Source of the DNA: Gammaproteobacteria bacterium
GTDB lineage: Bacteria; Pseudomonadota; Gammaproteobacteria; Pseudomonadales; IMCC2047
Assembly: GCA_021773395.1 (NCBI GenBank)
Contig: JAJFKB010000003.1
Span: 139,574 to 203,573 of the forward strand
Direction of reading: 5' to 3'
Length of the DNA stretch: 64,000 bases
The position numbers were made by a program, and so were the translations under genes. Position 1 is the stretch's first letter; each line of letters starts with the position of its first letter. A model generated the notes under the pieces. The model saw only the letters and a list, made by a program, of their open reading frames with translations, was not told the origin of the DNA and made no database searches. This document shows positions 1 to 11,301 of this stretch, piece after piece.

Positions 1-284
1 TCTCCATCCTGCTGGACACTAATGACAGATTGATCAGGTAGTGTTTTACAGATATCCATCATCTTTCGAGCAGGTACCGTGATTTCTCCTGCGTCTCCCG
101 GTTGCTCAAGTTGAACCCGGCCTACCAGCTCAACTTCCAAATCCGTTCCGGTGAGGGACAAACGATCACCCTCAACAACAATGAGTATATTTGACAACAC
201 AGGCAACGTTTGGCGTCGCTCAACTACTCCGGCTACCAAAGTAAGCGGCTTCAGCAATTCCTCTCTGGATATGACAAATTTCAT
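1..284 (-). CDS. dnaN: DNA polymerase III beta sliding clamp, 5' part only (gene runs off the left edge)
   Basis: Minus-strand translation from ATG at 284 gives MKFVISREELLKPLTLVAGVVERRQTLPVLSNILIVVEGDRLSLTGTDLEVELV, a typical DnaN N-terminus. It lies directly downstream of dnaA. Confidence 0.9.
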   Translation of the reverse strand, partial: MKFVISREELLKPLTLVAGVVERRQTLPVLSNILIVVEGDRLSLTGTDLEVELVGRVQLEQPGDAGEITVPARKMMDICKTLPDQSVISVQQDG

Positions 285-370
285 ATTGTTATCCTCTGTT
301 CTTAATTTTTATCTGTAAATTCATAAGCGGGTCTCTGTTGATAGGCTGCTTTTCTTTGGAAGTTCAGCTG

Positions 371-1759
371 CTAGGTTGTCAACAAACGCATCAGGTTCTT
401 ATAGTCTTCTCGAATATCATTATTGGTTTCGCTCAACTCCTTAACTTTACGACAAGCATGCAGCACCGTGGTGTGATCACGCCCGCCAAAAAAATCCCCT
501 ATCTCTGGTAGGCTATGGTTTGTGAGCTCTTTTGCCAGCGCCATCGCAACCTGCCTGGGCCTGGCCACTGATCGACTTCTTCTTTTGGATAACATATCAC
601 CCATCTTTATTTTGTAGTACTCGGCCACCGTTTTTTGAATATTGTCGACACACACAAGCTTATCCTGGACCGCGAACATATCCTTAAGCGCATCTCTAAC
701 AAATTCTATACTAATCTCGTTTCCTGTGAAGTGGGCGCTTGCTATCACCCTTTTTAGCGCGCCCTCTAGCTCTCTGACATTAGATCTTATTTTTTGAGCA
801 ATAAAAAACGCGACATCTTTTGGTAAATTAATGTTCGCCTGATCTGCCTTTTTAAGCAATATCGCTACTCTGGTTTCCAGTTCAGGGGGCTCCACGGCAA
901 CAGTCAACCCCCAGCCAAACCTCGATTTTAATCGCTCTTCCAGCCCTTTTATCTCTTTCGGGTAGCGATCACAGGTCAAGATCATCTGCTGCTCGCTTTC
1001 GAGCAATGCGTTAAACGTATGGAAAAACTCCTCTTGGGAACGCTCTTTCGCTGCAAAAAATTGTATATCGTCAATCAACAGCGCATCTACAGATCGATAA
1101 AATCGCTTAAACTCATTAATAGCGTTCATTTGCAGGGCTTTAACCATATCCGCAACAAATCTTTCTGAATGCAAATAGACCACTTTTGCTTCAGGATTTT
1201 GTTTTAACATATAACTACCGACCGCATGCATCAGGTGTGTTTTACCAAGACCAACGCCTCCGTATATAAACAGGGGGTTATATGCGCCCCCCGGGTTCTC
1301 TGCAACCTGCAAGGCCGCTGCCCGAGCAAGCTGGTTGGACTTGCCCTCTACAAAAGTGTCAAAGGTAAATGCTCTATTTAAACCGCTAATGTGCTTAGCT
1401 TTGTTGTTGGGCTGGCCGTCTAATTCCTTCTTTCTATTACCAAATTGAGGGGGCTGCTTGCGCGAATGACTTTCTGTATCTTTAACCGCTACCGGCTCTG
1501 TGGGCAAAGCCTCTTGTTTCCGCGTACCAATCACAACTTCTACCGTAATTGCACTTCCTTCAATTTCACCAACAATTTCACTGATGCGCTGCAGGTATCT
1601 TTGTGAAACCCAGTCAAGAACAAAACGGTTCGGTGCCAACAAAGTTAGATTTCCATCGACAAAATCAGATTGCAGCGGTCTTATCCAGGTATTGAATTGC
1701 TGTTCGGGTAGCTCTTTCTGCAGCATCCCAGCACAATTTGCCCATATCTTTTTGGCCAT
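371..1759 (-). CDS. dnaA: Chromosomal replication initiator protein DnaA
   Basis: 462 aa ORF with Walker [11 protein letters not shown], an AAA+ core, and the C-terminal DNA-binding block [15 protein letters not shown]. It sits in the conserved dnaA-dnaN context. Confidence 0.97.
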   Translation of the reverse strand: MAKKIWANCAGMLQKELPEQQFNTWIRPLQSDFVDGNLTLLAPNRFVLDWVSQRYLQRISEIVGEIEGSAITVEVVIGTRKQEALPTEPVAVKDTESHSRKQPPQFGNRKKELDGQPNNKAKHISGLNRAFTFDTFVEGKSNQLARAAALQVAENPGGAYNPLFIYGGVGLGKTHLMHAVGSYMLKQNPEAKVVYLHSERFVADMVKALQMNAINEFKRFYRSVDALLIDDIQFFAAKERSQEEFFHTFNALLESEQQMILTCDRYPKEIKGLEERLKSRFGWGLTVAVEPPELETRVAILLKKADQANINLPKDVAFFIAQKIRSNVRELEGALKRVIASAHFTGNEISIEFVRDALKDMFAVQDKLVCVDNIQKTVAEYYKIKMGDMLSKRRSRSVARPRQVAMALAKELTNHSLPEIGDFFGGRDHTTVLHACRKVKELSETNNDIREDYKNLMRLLTT

Positions 1760-1871
1760 TAATTCCTATTCTCTAATTATTTTTAACTCGATTTTCTATC
1801 TTCGCCACTTACAATAAAGGCAGCTTTATCTTGAGAAACAGAACCCAGCATTTTAACCTTTTAAAGAAAAC

Positions 1872-1886
1872 TTATCCACAGGATAA
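1872..1886. promoter_or_regulatory. Perfect DnaA box TTATCCACA fused to an inverted half-site (TTATCCACAGGATAA) in the dnaA-rpmH intergenic region
   Basis: Exact 9-mer consensus at 1872-1880. GGATAA at 1881-1886 mirrors TTATCC. It lies about 110 bp upstream of the dnaA start on the opposite strand, a position typical of dnaA autoregulation. Confidence 0.6.
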
Positions 1887-2295
1887 AATATTTATTTTTA
1901 CTAGCAATTTCAACAGGTTGTATAATTTAATCGGTTTAAAGCCATTACCATTGTTTTTACTTAGAAAACCCTGGATTAATTGCGTGATACTCAATACATT
2001 ACCCGTCGAATGGCCTTGCTATTCCAGACACTATCCAAGGGAGTTTTGCCTAGCTAGAAGCTTGAATTAACATAATATTTGCTATGGAAAACCGGCTGTT
2101 TTTTTACTCTTTTATCACAATAAAACGAATAAGCAGGTCTAATTCATCAAATAATTTATGTAAATATGTTAACTCATTGAAAATTTATTGGCTTTTCTTT
2201 AGGAATAAATTGCAGATTGGCTCCGAATTCACTAGAATCCCCGCTCCCAAAATATTGGTAAATGACCGATATAGGATTCGTGTGGAGCAATTTCG

Positions 2296-2430
2296 ATGAA
2301 AAGAACTTTTCAACCCAGCAATTTAAAACGCAAACGTACCCATGGCTTTAGAGCAAGAATGGCTACAAAAAATGGTCGCCTGTTGATTAATCGACGTCGT
2401 GCTAAAGGTCGAAAAAGACTCTCTGCCTAG
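2296..2430 (+). CDS. rpmH: 50S ribosomal protein L34
   Basis: Not in the ORF track because it is under 60 aa. My translation is [44 protein letters not shown] with a TAG stop at 2428-2430. It sits upstream of rnpA. Confidence 0.95.
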   Translation: MKRTFQPSNLKRKRTHGFRARMATKNGRLLINRRRAKGRKRLSA

Positions 2431-2464
2431 CTGCTCGTGATAAGCCATTTACTGTCCATTTTTC

Positions 2465-2833
2465 ATGGTCAGACTTGGATTTCCTAAGCAGAAAAGGCTA
2501 TTAAAGGCCCGCGATTTTCAGCGGGTTTTCGATCGCTCTAGCGCGAAAGCTTCCTCGCGGGTAATGTTACTAATCGCCGCGCCTAACGGATTAAACCAAC
2601 CACGAATTGGTTTTATTATCGCCAAAAAACAGGTTCGTTTAGCTGTACAGCGCAATCGAATCAAGCGGGTTATCCGTGAAACCTTCCGCTCCTTCGACTC
2701 TGGGGATTTCTCCTATGATGTCATTCTTCTCGCTCGCAAAGGGGTGGACCAGCAGAGTAGCCGGAAAATCCGTATCGAGTTTGAAAACCTCTGGCAGAAA
2801 CTGATGCTGCGGACGAAGGGTAACAAAAATTGA
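2465..2833 (+). CDS. rnpA: Ribonuclease P protein component
   Basis: 122 aa basic protein containing KLLKARDFQRVF and the RNR-like motif (AVQRNRIKRVIRE). It follows rpmH. Confidence 0.9.
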   Translation: MVRLGFPKQKRLLKARDFQRVFDRSSAKASSRVMLLIAAPNGLNQPRIGFIIAKKQVRLAVQRNRIKRVIRETFRSFDSGDFSYDVILLARKGVDQQSSRKIRIEFENLWQKLMLRTKGNKN

Positions 2834-3123
2834 AAAATCTCATGTCCAAGCTTATCGTGGTATTTTTTAAAGGGTACCGCTTTATTATCAGCCCTTTACT
2901 TGGCAATAATTGCCGGTTTTACCCCTCCTGCTCCTGCTACGCGGAAACCGCTATTCTCAGGTTTGGCTTTGTTCGTGGTACCTGGATGTCTATCAGGCGC
3001 CTGTTAAAATGTCATCCCTGGCATGAGGGTGGTCTGGATCCTGTTCCAGAAATTAAGCTTACCAAATCAACCTCCTCTACCTCATCGACAACAAGAGATG
3101 CTCCATGGACGCACAACGTATAG
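2830..3123 (+). CDS. yidD: Membrane protein insertion efficiency factor YidD
   Basis: Contains the YidD signature ISPLLGNNCRFYPSCSCYAETAI..LLKCHPWHEGGLDPVP. It overlaps the rnpA stop and the yidC start. Confidence 0.85.
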   Translation: MKNLMSKLIVVFFKGYRFIISPLLGNNCRFYPSCSCYAETAILRFGFVRGTWMSIRRLLKCHPWHEGGLDPVPEIKLTKSTSSTSSTTRDAPWTHNV

Positions 3124-4817
3124 TTCTTATTTTATCGCTCGCAGTTGTTAGTTATCTGCTATTACAAGCCTGGAATGAGGACTATGGTCAGCCAGTTCCT
3201 GTGACTCCGGTATCCCTTGAGCAAGGGGGCGCTTCTGAAAAGCTGGCCGCCACAGGAATACAAACGGAAATAGCCACGGATCTACCGACAGCTACCGCAG
3301 CATCCACACTGGCCAGTAAAGATATCCCTGCAACCGCTGAGACTTTGCCTACCGTTAGCAAAGCCGCTATGAATAGAATAACCGTTGAAACGGATGTATT
3401 GTCATTACAGATAGATCCTGTAGGCGGCGATATTGTTTACGCAGCTTTGCGTGCTTACCCAAGATTAATTAACCAGCCCGAAGATCCGTTTGTGCTGCTT
3501 GAACAAAATTCAGAAAGGACTTATATCGCCCAAAGCGGTTTGATTGGCACCAACGGTCCCGACGCAAATCCGGCGGGACGGCCCTTATTCCAAACCAAAC
3601 AAGCAAATTATGTGTTAGATAACGGGCAGGATGAGCTAACTGTTGATCTGACTTATACCAGTCAAGACAAGATAAGCATTACCAAACGCTATAGATTCTT
3701 ACGCGGTGACTATTTGGTAAAGGTTGAATATCTGATCGACAACCAATCCGCAGAGCCATGGCAGGCAAACTTTTTTGCACAATTTAAAAGAGATAATAGC
3801 CCGGATCCCAGCCAAACAACCAGCATGGGTATGAAATCCTTCGTCGGAGCAGCCATCACTTCTGTGGACAAGCGCTATGAAAAACTGGATTTCGAAGACT
3901 TTGCTGAAACACCATTAAAGCTAAAGAATACTGGTGGCTGGATTGCCATGCTGCAACACTATTTCGTTGCCGCATGGGTACCCAACAAAGAGTTACAGCA
4001 TAATTATCAAACACGCAAAAACAGTAAGGGAGAAAATATCGCAGGTTTGGTCAGCCCTGCTGTGACAGTCGTCCCTGGCTCAACCGCAAGAACCGGAGCT
4101 GAACTTTACGTCGGGCCAAAAGCACAGGGTAGATTAAGTGAAATTTCACCCTCACTGGAGCTCACCGTCGACTATGGCTGGCTTTGGTTTATTGCACAAC
4201 CTTTATTCTGGTTACTCTCTACCTTGCATGGATTTTTTGGCAATTGGGGTTGGGCCATTATCTTTACTACCCTAGTAGTAAAACTCCTTTTCTTTCAGTT
4301 GTCTGCTACCAGCTATAAGTCTATGGCCAATATGCGTCGTGTTGGCCCTGAATTACAGCGACTCAAGGAAAGATATGGTGACGACCGACAAAAAATGTCT
4401 ACAGCCATGATGGAGCTCTACAAAAAGGAAAAAATAAATCCCTTAGGAGGTTGTTTGCCTATTCTAGTGCAAATGCCTGTTTTTATTGCGCTATATTGGG
4501 TTTTATTAGAAAGTGTTGAATTGCGACAAGCACCCTTTATGTTCTGGCTAAATGATCTATCGGTCAAAGACCCTTATTTCATTCTGCCGATTGTAATGGG
4601 TGCCACCATGTTCTTCCAACAAACACTGAACCCAGAGCCACCCGATCCGATGCAGGCCAAGGTTATGAAGATGATGCCCATCATGTTCACTTTTTTCTTC
4701 CTCTGGTTCCCGGCTGGCCTCGTTCTTTACTGGGTGGTGAATAACGTTTTATCGATTGCTCAACAATGGGTCATTACCCGCCGAATAGAACAGGCTGCGG
4801 CAGCAAAGGGAAAATAG
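3105..4817 (+). CDS. yidC: Membrane protein insertase YidC
   Basis: 570 aa protein with an N-terminal anchor (MDAQRIVLILSLAVVSYLLLQAW), a large periplasmic domain, and a conserved C-terminal 60 kDa IMP core (KINPLGGCLPILVQMPVFIALY). Confidence 0.95.
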   Translation: MDAQRIVLILSLAVVSYLLLQAWNEDYGQPVPVTPVSLEQGGASEKLAATGIQTEIATDLPTATAASTLASKDIPATAETLPTVSKAAMNRITVETDVLSLQIDPVGGDIVYAALRAYPRLINQPEDPFVLLEQNSERTYIAQSGLIGTNGPDANPAGRPLFQTKQANYVLDNGQDELTVDLTYTSQDKISITKRYRFLRGDYLVKVEYLIDNQSAEPWQANFFAQFKRDNSPDPSQTTSMGMKSFVGAAITSVDKRYEKLDFEDFAETPLKLKNTGGWIAMLQHYFVAAWVPNKELQHNYQTRKNSKGENIAGLVSPAVTVVPGSTARTGAELYVGPKAQGRLSEISPSLELTVDYGWLWFIAQPLFWLLSTLHGFFGNWGWAIIFTTLVVKLLFFQLSATSYKSMANMRRVGPELQRLKERYGDDRQKMSTAMMELYKKEKINPLGGCLPILVQMPVFIALYWVLLESVELRQAPFMFWLNDLSVKDPYFILPIVMGATMFFQQTLNPEPPDPMQAKVMKMMPIMFTFFFLWFPAGLVLYWVVNNVLSIAQQWVITRRIEQAAAAKGK

Positions 4818-4893
4818 AGAAGAAGCGACACCAAGCAATTATTAAGATGCTGCCTGAAAATCGAATTATTGTGAGTTTCAGAAAGATACCAGC

Positions 4894-6282
4894 ATGATAA
4901 TTACAGATAGCGACACAATCGTAGCACAGGTCACTCCAGCTGGTCGTGGTGGGGTGGCTATTGTGCGTATCTCAGGTCCCCTCACAAAATCTATTTCTAA
5001 AAAGCTATTAAAACAGGATATAGCGCCACGTTATGCGCTTTTTACCTCATTTTGCGGCACGATAGGAACAAAAAACAATCAAATAATTGACCAGGGTATT
5101 GCTCTTTGGTTTCCGGGTCCACAATCTTTTACTGGTGAAGACGTGCTGGAATTACAGGGCCACGGTGGTCAGGTAATTGTTGATTTATTAATCAGAAATA
5201 TCCTTGCTGCCGGTGCTCGTATGGCCCGTCCCGGAGAGTTTTCAGAGCGCGCTTTCCTTAATGACAAACTGGACCTGGCTCAGGCTGAAGCCATTGCTGA
5301 CCTGATTGACAGTAGCTCCGAGCAGGCGGCGCAAAGCGCTTTACGTACACTCCAGGGTGATTTTTCAAAACGTATTAATGCTCTGGTAGAGGCTCTTATT
5401 CAATTACGTCTCTATGTAGAGGCCGCTATTGATTTCCCGGAAGAAGAGATAGATTTCCTGGCTGACGGTAAAATAATGTCAGAGCTTGACGAAATCATAG
5501 CTATTTTACAGCAGGTTATAGAGCAAGCCAGTTTTGGTACAGTGTTAACCGAGGGAATGACAGTGGTAATGGCCGGCTTACCGAATGCCGGAAAATCCAG
5601 CTTGTTAAACCAACTCTCAGGTCGAGATAGCGCGATTGTTACAGACATACCTGGCACCACCAGAGATTTACTACGAGAGCATATACAAATAGATGGTATG
5701 CCTTTGCATGTTATTGATACTGCAGGGTTAAGAGTAAGCGGTGACGCAATAGAGCAGGAAGGTATAAAACGAGCCTGGCAAGAGATTAAACAGGCCGATC
5801 GAATTCTATTGGTAGTGGATAGCAGCACTCTAACGGCTACTCACCCACACGACATCTGGCCTGAATTTATAGACCAGCTGGACTCGCTCGAAAAAATCAC
5901 CATTATCCAAAATAAAGTGGATCGTTCAAAACTGTCAGTAAAATTAATTGAGCGAAATACAGATAACCCGTTCCCCATAATAAGATTGTCTGCAAAAGAG
6001 GGCCTGGGCTTGGATCTTCTAAGACAACACCTGAAATCCTGTATGGGCTTTACTAGCTCTGTAGAAGGCTCTTTTAGTGCCCGCAGGAGACACCTGGTCG
6101 CGCTTCAGCAGTCGTTAAAACTTCTGGATAGCGGTAAACAACAGCTGGAAAGCGCCAACGCGGGAGAATTGCTTGCTGAAGACCTGCGGTTGGCGCAACA
6201 ATGCCTCTCAGAAATTACCGGGGCTTTCACTAACGATGATCTTTTGGGCAAAATATTTTCCAGTTTTTGTATTGGAAAGTGA
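4894..6282 (+). CDS. mnmE: tRNA modification GTPase MnmE (TrmE)
   Basis: G-domain motifs GLPNAGKSS and DTAG are present, along with the terminal CIGK motif. Confidence 0.95.
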   Translation: MIITDSDTIVAQVTPAGRGGVAIVRISGPLTKSISKKLLKQDIAPRYALFTSFCGTIGTKNNQIIDQGIALWFPGPQSFTGEDVLELQGHGGQVIVDLLIRNILAAGARMARPGEFSERAFLNDKLDLAQAEAIADLIDSSSEQAAQSALRTLQGDFSKRINALVEALIQLRLYVEAAIDFPEEEIDFLADGKIMSELDEIIAILQQVIEQASFGTVLTEGMTVVMAGLPNAGKSSLLNQLSGRDSAIVTDIPGTTRDLLREHIQIDGMPLHVIDTAGLRVSGDAIEQEGIKRAWQEIKQADRILLVVDSSTLTATHPHDIWPEFIDQLDSLEKITIIQNKVDRSKLSVKLIERNTDNPFPIIRLSAKEGLGLDLLRQHLKSCMGFTSSVEGSFSARRRHLVALQQSLKLLDSGKQQLESANAGELLAEDLRLAQQCLSEITGAFTNDDLLGKIFSSFCIGK

Positions 6283-6339
6283 TTTTATTTAGCCATTAAA
6301 CCCTGTCTATAAGCTGTTAATTCGAATACTCATAAGGTC

Positions 6340-6600
6340 TTAGTAAATTGTGCATAGTTCCTACCTGTGGATAAAGCTGCTACTTACCCACAGCTACAAA
6401 CCTACATATACGAGACAATACCGGTAGTTTTAAACAGAGTCTATTTAGTCTTATCCAACTGATTTTAAAATAGTTTTATATGGTTATACATAAATCTTAA
6501 CCTCTCTAATAATAATAACAGTAATTAAAGTATTAAATAATATATTAATATTATAAGGTGCCCACAAATTAAAAATAATGGCTCTTATATTATTCACTGC
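6340..6600. other. Candidate chromosomal replication origin (oriC): DnaA-box cluster plus AT-rich unwinding tract, between mnmE and mnmG
   Basis: Boxes: TGTGCATAG 6349-6357 (1 mismatch), TGTGGATAA 6366-6374 (perfect), inverted partner TTACCCACA 6384-6392 (1 mismatch), TTATCCAAC 6451-6459 (2 mismatches), TTATTCACT 6590-6598 (1 mismatch). An extremely AT-rich stretch of about 100 bp spans 6460-6560. No ORF of 60 aa or more lies in the 388 bp gap. Confidence 0.5.
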
Positions 6601-6670
6601 GCACCCCTTTTCATTTAGGCCTGAAACATTATACTAGTGTCCCTTTTCCACCGTAATTGTGAGAGTTTAG

Positions 6671-8557
6671 TTGGATTACCCCAAGCAATATGATGTGATC
6701 GTAATCGGAGGTGGCCACGCCGGAACGGAAGCTGCATTAGCGTCAGCTCGAGTCGGAGCGTCTACGCTATTGCTTACTCACAATATCGAAACGCTCGGAC
6801 AAATGTCCTGTAATCCGGCTATAGGCGGCATCGGTAAAAGTCATTTGGTAAAAGAAATTGATGCGCTGGGCGGAGCAATGGCACTTGCAACCGATCGGTC
6901 AGGAATACAGTTTCGAATACTTAATTCCAGAAAAGGTCCTGCTGTAAGGGCCACCCGAGCTCAAGCTGACCGCACACTTTACAAAGCAGCCATTCGACAC
7001 ATCCTGGAAAATCAACAGCATCTTGATATTTTTCAGCAAGGCGTGGATGACCTGATAGTTCATGGAGAGCGCGTTTTAGGTGTGGTCACACAAATGGGAG
7101 TTAAGTTTACTGCTAAGACGGTGGTTTTAGCGGCCGGCACTTTTCTAGGAGGGTTGCTTCATATCGGATTGCAGAGTTATTCAGGCGGCCGTGCCGGAGA
7201 CCCACCGTCCATTGCATTAGCCCAGAGACTTAGAGAATTACCGCTGCGCGTTGATCGTTTAAAAACGGGTACTCCACCCAGAATTGACGCGCGCTCAGTT
7301 GATTTCTCGAAATTGCAGGAGCAGCCCGGAGATACCCCTCTACCTGTGATGTCTTTTATGGGCTCACGGGAAATGCATCCACAACAAGTGAGCTGTTTTA
7401 TTACTCACACTAATCAACAGACGCACGACTATATCCGAGCTGGACTCGATCGATCTCCAATGTATACGGGGGTAATAGAGGGAGTTGGGCCACGTTATTG
7501 CCCATCGATTGAGGATAAAATCCACCGGTTTTCTGACAAGAGCGCGCACCAGATATTTGTTGAACCTGAGGGACTAAATACCCACGAACTCTACCCGAAT
7601 GGTATTTCAACCAGCCTGCCATTTGATGTGCAGCTGGATTTCGTACGTTCCATTCAAGGGTTTGAAAATGCGCATATTACCCGACCCGGATATGCGATTG
7701 AGTATGATTTTTTTAATCCGCAGGATTTAACCAGGACGCTGGCGGTAAAATCTTTAAAGGGCCTTTATTTTGCTGGACAGATTAATGGAACCACGGGTTA
7801 TGAGGAGGCTGGAGCTCAAGGACTTCTGGCGGGATTGAATGCTGCGATGGAAGCACTGGACAAAGAAGGCTGGCATCCGCTTCGTGATGAAGCTTATATC
7901 GGTGTAATGGTGGATGACCTGATTTCATTAGGAACCAGTGAGCCTTACCGCATGTTTACCAGTAGAGCTGAATACAGGCTATTGCTGCGCGAAGATAATG
8001 CTGATCTGAGACTCACAGAGCAGGGATATAAGTTGGGTCTGGTGGGAGAGGAGCAATGGCAGCACTTCAATAAAAAACAGGAAATGATTACCGGTGAACA
8101 GCAGCGTTTAAAATCAACCTGGATTCAACCAGCAAGTTCTGAAAGTGAACTGCTGATAGATAAATTGGAAAAACCAATAAGCCACGAGCACTCTTTGATG
8201 GAGTTATTGCGACGACCAGAGCTAACCTATAGGGATATTCAATCGATTAAAGGCCAGGGAGTTGCAGATGAAGAGGTCGCAGAACAGTTGGAAATACAGG
8301 CTAAATACGAAGGTTATATTGAACGTCAAAAGGGCGAAATAGAACGATTAAGACGCCAGGAAAATACGCCTTTGCCTGAAGATTTAGATTATGATCGCAT
8401 CTCAGGATTATCCAATGAGGTGAAACAGAAATTACAGCAGATGCGTCCGGATACAATAGCCAGCGCCTCACGTATACCAGGAATTACACCGGCGGCAATT
8501 TCATTGCTTTTGATTTATCTAAAGAAGAAAAATATTCTGGAGAGCAAGAGCGCTTAG
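6671..8557 (+). CDS. mnmG: tRNA uridine 5-carboxymethylaminomethyl modification enzyme MnmG (GidA)
   Basis: The N-terminus [16 protein letters not shown] is an FAD-binding motif. The 628 aa length is right for GidA and the start is TTG. Confidence 0.95.
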   Translation: MDYPKQYDVIVIGGGHAGTEAALASARVGASTLLLTHNIETLGQMSCNPAIGGIGKSHLVKEIDALGGAMALATDRSGIQFRILNSRKGPAVRATRAQADRTLYKAAIRHILENQQHLDIFQQGVDDLIVHGERVLGVVTQMGVKFTAKTVVLAAGTFLGGLLHIGLQSYSGGRAGDPPSIALAQRLRELPLRVDRLKTGTPPRIDARSVDFSKLQEQPGDTPLPVMSFMGSREMHPQQVSCFITHTNQQTHDYIRAGLDRSPMYTGVIEGVGPRYCPSIEDKIHRFSDKSAHQIFVEPEGLNTHELYPNGISTSLPFDVQLDFVRSIQGFENAHITRPGYAIEYDFFNPQDLTRTLAVKSLKGLYFAGQINGTTGYEEAGAQGLLAGLNAAMEALDKEGWHPLRDEAYIGVMVDDLISLGTSEPYRMFTSRAEYRLLLREDNADLRLTEQGYKLGLVGEEQWQHFNKKQEMITGEQQRLKSTWIQPASSESELLIDKLEKPISHEHSLMELLRRPELTYRDIQSIKGQGVADEEVAEQLEIQAKYEGYIERQKGEIERLRRQENTPLPEDLDYDRISGLSNEVKQKLQQMRPDTIASASRIPGITPAAISLLLIYLKKKNILESKSA

Positions 8558-8569
8558 CTGGGGATTGTT

Positions 8570-9205
8570 GTGGAATCGATTGCAAAAAAGATTGGTGAAG
8601 GCTGTCAGCGTATACAGCTGAAGCTTTCGAAAGAGCAACTGCATAAACTCGAAGCCTATATTAATTTACTGGTTAAATGGAATAGAGCATACAATTTAAC
8701 GGCGATCAGAGAGCCAGAAAAAATGGTGATTTACCATTTACTGGATAGCCTGGTATTAAAAGACAGCTTTGATCAGCAAACACAGAATATTTTGGATGTA
8801 GGTTCAGGCGCGGGAGTACCAGGGATACCACTCAGTATAGTATTTCCAGATAAAGACTTTACTTTGCTCGATAGTAATGGCAAAAAGACTCGATTTATGA
8901 CACAGGCTAAACTGGAGCTAGGTTTAGATAACTGTATCGTCGTTAGGCAACGGGTGGAAAATCTGATTATTGATCGCCCATTTGATGTGATTATATCAAG
9001 AGCTTTTTCCACACTGGCAGACTTTGTAAAGAATACTGAGCACTTGCTTGGCGAACTGGGCGAGTTCTATGCGATGAAAGGAAAGTCTCCAGAAGAGGAG
9101 ATAGCAAGCCTTCCAGCCAGTGCTTGTTTAGTGAGGATACAGCCGTTAAAGGTGCCCTTTCTATCGGAACAACGACATTTGGTCGTGTTAAAGAAATCAA
9201 ACTAA
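8570..9205 (+). CDS. rsmG: 16S rRNA (guanine527-N7)-methyltransferase RsmG (GidB)
   Basis: SAM motif DVGSGAGVPGIPL in a 211 aa protein, located after mnmG. Confidence 0.9.
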   Translation: MESIAKKIGEGCQRIQLKLSKEQLHKLEAYINLLVKWNRAYNLTAIREPEKMVIYHLLDSLVLKDSFDQQTQNILDVGSGAGVPGIPLSIVFPDKDFTLLDSNGKKTRFMTQAKLELGLDNCIVVRQRVENLIIDRPFDVIISRAFSTLADFVKNTEHLLGELGEFYAMKGKSPEEEIASLPASACLVRIQPLKVPFLSEQRHLVVLKKSN

Positions 9206-9223
9206 TAAGCACCGGGGGCATCC

Positions 9224-10009
9224 TTGGGTAAAATTATTGCAGTGACCAACCAAAAAGGTGGTGTAGGAAAAACCACCACCGCCGTGAATCTGTCTGCATC
9301 ATTGTTTGCGATTAAACGAAAAGTATTGATGGTAGATCTGGATCCACAGGGTAATGCGACTATGGGTTGCGGTGCGGATAAAAACCAGCTGGAATATTCT
9401 GTTTACGATCTTCTAACGGGGCGCTGTGCGATTACACAGGCAATTATAAAAAAAACAGCGGCTGGATTTGATTTGTTGCCGGCGAATGCCGATTTAACAG
9501 CGGCCGAGGTCGAGCTGATGTCCCTTGAAAACAGGGAAAATAGGTTGCGCGATGTACTGTCAACCGTTAAAGAAGAATACGACTATATCATAATAGACAG
9601 TCCCCCATCTCTAAGTATGCTGACCGTAAATGCGCTGGTGGCTGCACAGAGCGTTATTATTCCAATGCAATGTGAGTATTATGCCCTGGAAGGATTAACG
9701 GCATTAATAAGTACCATTAACGGTATTGCTGGTGGTGCCAATCCCAAGCTGAAAATCGAAGGCCTATTACGGACCATGTATGATCCCCGCAACAGTTTAA
9801 GTAAAGATGTTTCGAATCAATTGGTCAGCCATTTTGGTGAAAAGGTTTACGATACGGTGATACCCCGTAATGTACGCTTGGCCGAAGCGCCCAGTTATGG
9901 ATTGCCAGCGCTGATCTATGACCGAAAATCCAGGGGAGCACTGGCCTATCTGGCTTTGGCAGGGGAAATTCTAAGAAAATCCAGATCGCAGCATGCGGTT
10001 GCAGTCTAG
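9224..10009 (+). CDS. parA: Chromosome partitioning ATPase ParA (Soj)
   Basis: Deviant Walker A NQKGGVGKTTT in a 261 aa protein, upstream of parB. Confidence 0.9.
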   Translation: MGKIIAVTNQKGGVGKTTTAVNLSASLFAIKRKVLMVDLDPQGNATMGCGADKNQLEYSVYDLLTGRCAITQAIIKKTAAGFDLLPANADLTAAEVELMSLENRENRLRDVLSTVKEEYDYIIIDSPPSLSMLTVNALVAAQSVIIPMQCEYYALEGLTALISTINGIAGGANPKLKIEGLLRTMYDPRNSLSKDVSNQLVSHFGEKVYDTVIPRNVRLAEAPSYGLPALIYDRKSRGALAYLALAGEILRKSRSQHAVAV

Positions 10010-10026
10010 ATAACCAGGAAAAGAAA

Positions 10027-10896
10027 ATGGCAACACAAAAAAGGGGTTTAGGACGAGGCTTGGATGCTTTGCTGGGAAATATAAATGACGAAACAGCAGC
10101 TCCGGCAACGTTAGCCGAACAGGAAAAGCTATCCCGATTACCTGTAGATTTAATACAAAGAGGTAAATATCAGCCGCGCAAGGAAATTGAACCAGAGGCG
10201 CTTCAGGAGCTAGCCAATTCAATCAAAGCGCAGGGAGTGATGCAGCCTATCGTTGTTAGGGCTATCGCAGATCATCGCTATGAAATTATCGCTGGAGAAA
10301 GGCGTTGGCGGGCAACACAACTGGCAGGTATTGATGAGATTCCCGCCATAATCCGCAATGTGACGGATGAGACTGCTATTGCAATGGCGCTCATTGAGAA
10401 TATCCAGAGGGAGAATCTGAACCCGATGGAAGAAGCTGTAGCTCTGCAGCGGCTTCAGGATGAATTTGAGCTTACACAGCAGCAGGTGGCCGATGCCGTT
10501 GGTAAGTCAAGAGCATCTGTTGCCAACCTGATTCGCTTAAATGGATTGAACGAGGAAGTAAAGGCGCTGCTGTTAAATGGGAAACTGGATATGGGGCATG
10601 CGCGAGCCTTGCTGGCTTTGTCGGGAATACAACAGACCGGAGCAGCACGAGATGTTGCCAGCAAGCAGTTATCGGTACGACAAACAGAAGCGCTGGTAAA
10701 AAAACTGTTGACGCAAAAAGTTGACGTTAAAGGAGTGCCAGCAATAGATCCGGATATTAAATTATTACAGCAGCGCTTGAGCGATCAGTTGGGATCGCCG
10801 GTTGTCATCCAGCATGGATCCAAAGGAAAGGGTAAAATGGTCATTAAGTATAATTCCACCGAAGAGCTGGACGGGATTCTAGAGCACATCAAATAA
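10027..10896 (+). CDS. parB: Chromosome partitioning protein ParB (Spo0J)
   Basis: ParB box GERRWRA and the LIENIQRENLNPMEEA motif are present, followed by a helix-turn-helix region. Confidence 0.9.
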   Translation: MATQKRGLGRGLDALLGNINDETAAPATLAEQEKLSRLPVDLIQRGKYQPRKEIEPEALQELANSIKAQGVMQPIVVRAIADHRYEIIAGERRWRATQLAGIDEIPAIIRNVTDETAIAMALIENIQRENLNPMEEAVALQRLQDEFELTQQQVADAVGKSRASVANLIRLNGLNEEVKALLLNGKLDMGHARALLALSGIQQTGAARDVASKQLSVRQTEALVKKLLTQKVDVKGVPAIDPDIKLLQQRLSDQLGSPVVIQHGSKGKGKMVIKYNSTEELDGILEHIK

Positions 10897-11301
10897 AGCC
10901 CGTTTATGCACGTTATAATTAAACAAAATGTAAGGAATCATTATAATTTTTTTGATGTTTTTAAGCTGGGCAAATAAATAGGCTATAACTGCTGAACCCT
11001 TGATGCCTGGCGGGTGTTCGCCTGGTTAACTCAATTAAGGGGTAGCTATATTGTACTGCTTGGGATGACTGCTCTGTCGAGTAGTTTCATCCTTGACCAG
11101 CAGCGCATTAAAGCTTGATTGGCCGTGCAATTGCTCATATACTACGCGCCCTGTTGGAAGGCAGGTTATGTGCTTTTATTGCTCAATCGGCCATTTATTT
11201 AATGGTTACGATATTTGGGGTGAACCGGGATCAACCGATCGATTACGCAGGTTAACCTACCAGTTTATCGAATTGCACTTGCGCAACTCTGTGTAACACT
11301 G

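Noticed and set aside
1500-2299. ORFs 1500..1817, 1831..2070 and 2084..2299 in and around the dnaA-rpmH intergenic region.
   Set aside because: These are AT-rich, Phe/Ile/Asn/Lys-biased translations without RBS. The first overlaps dnaA antisense. The region is better explained as promoter and DnaA-box DNA.
11093-11296. 67-aa ORF (TTG start) between parB and atpI.
   Set aside because: It is Cys/Tyr-rich with no motif and no RBS, and it overlaps the region that more plausibly belongs to the atpI 5' end or promoter.
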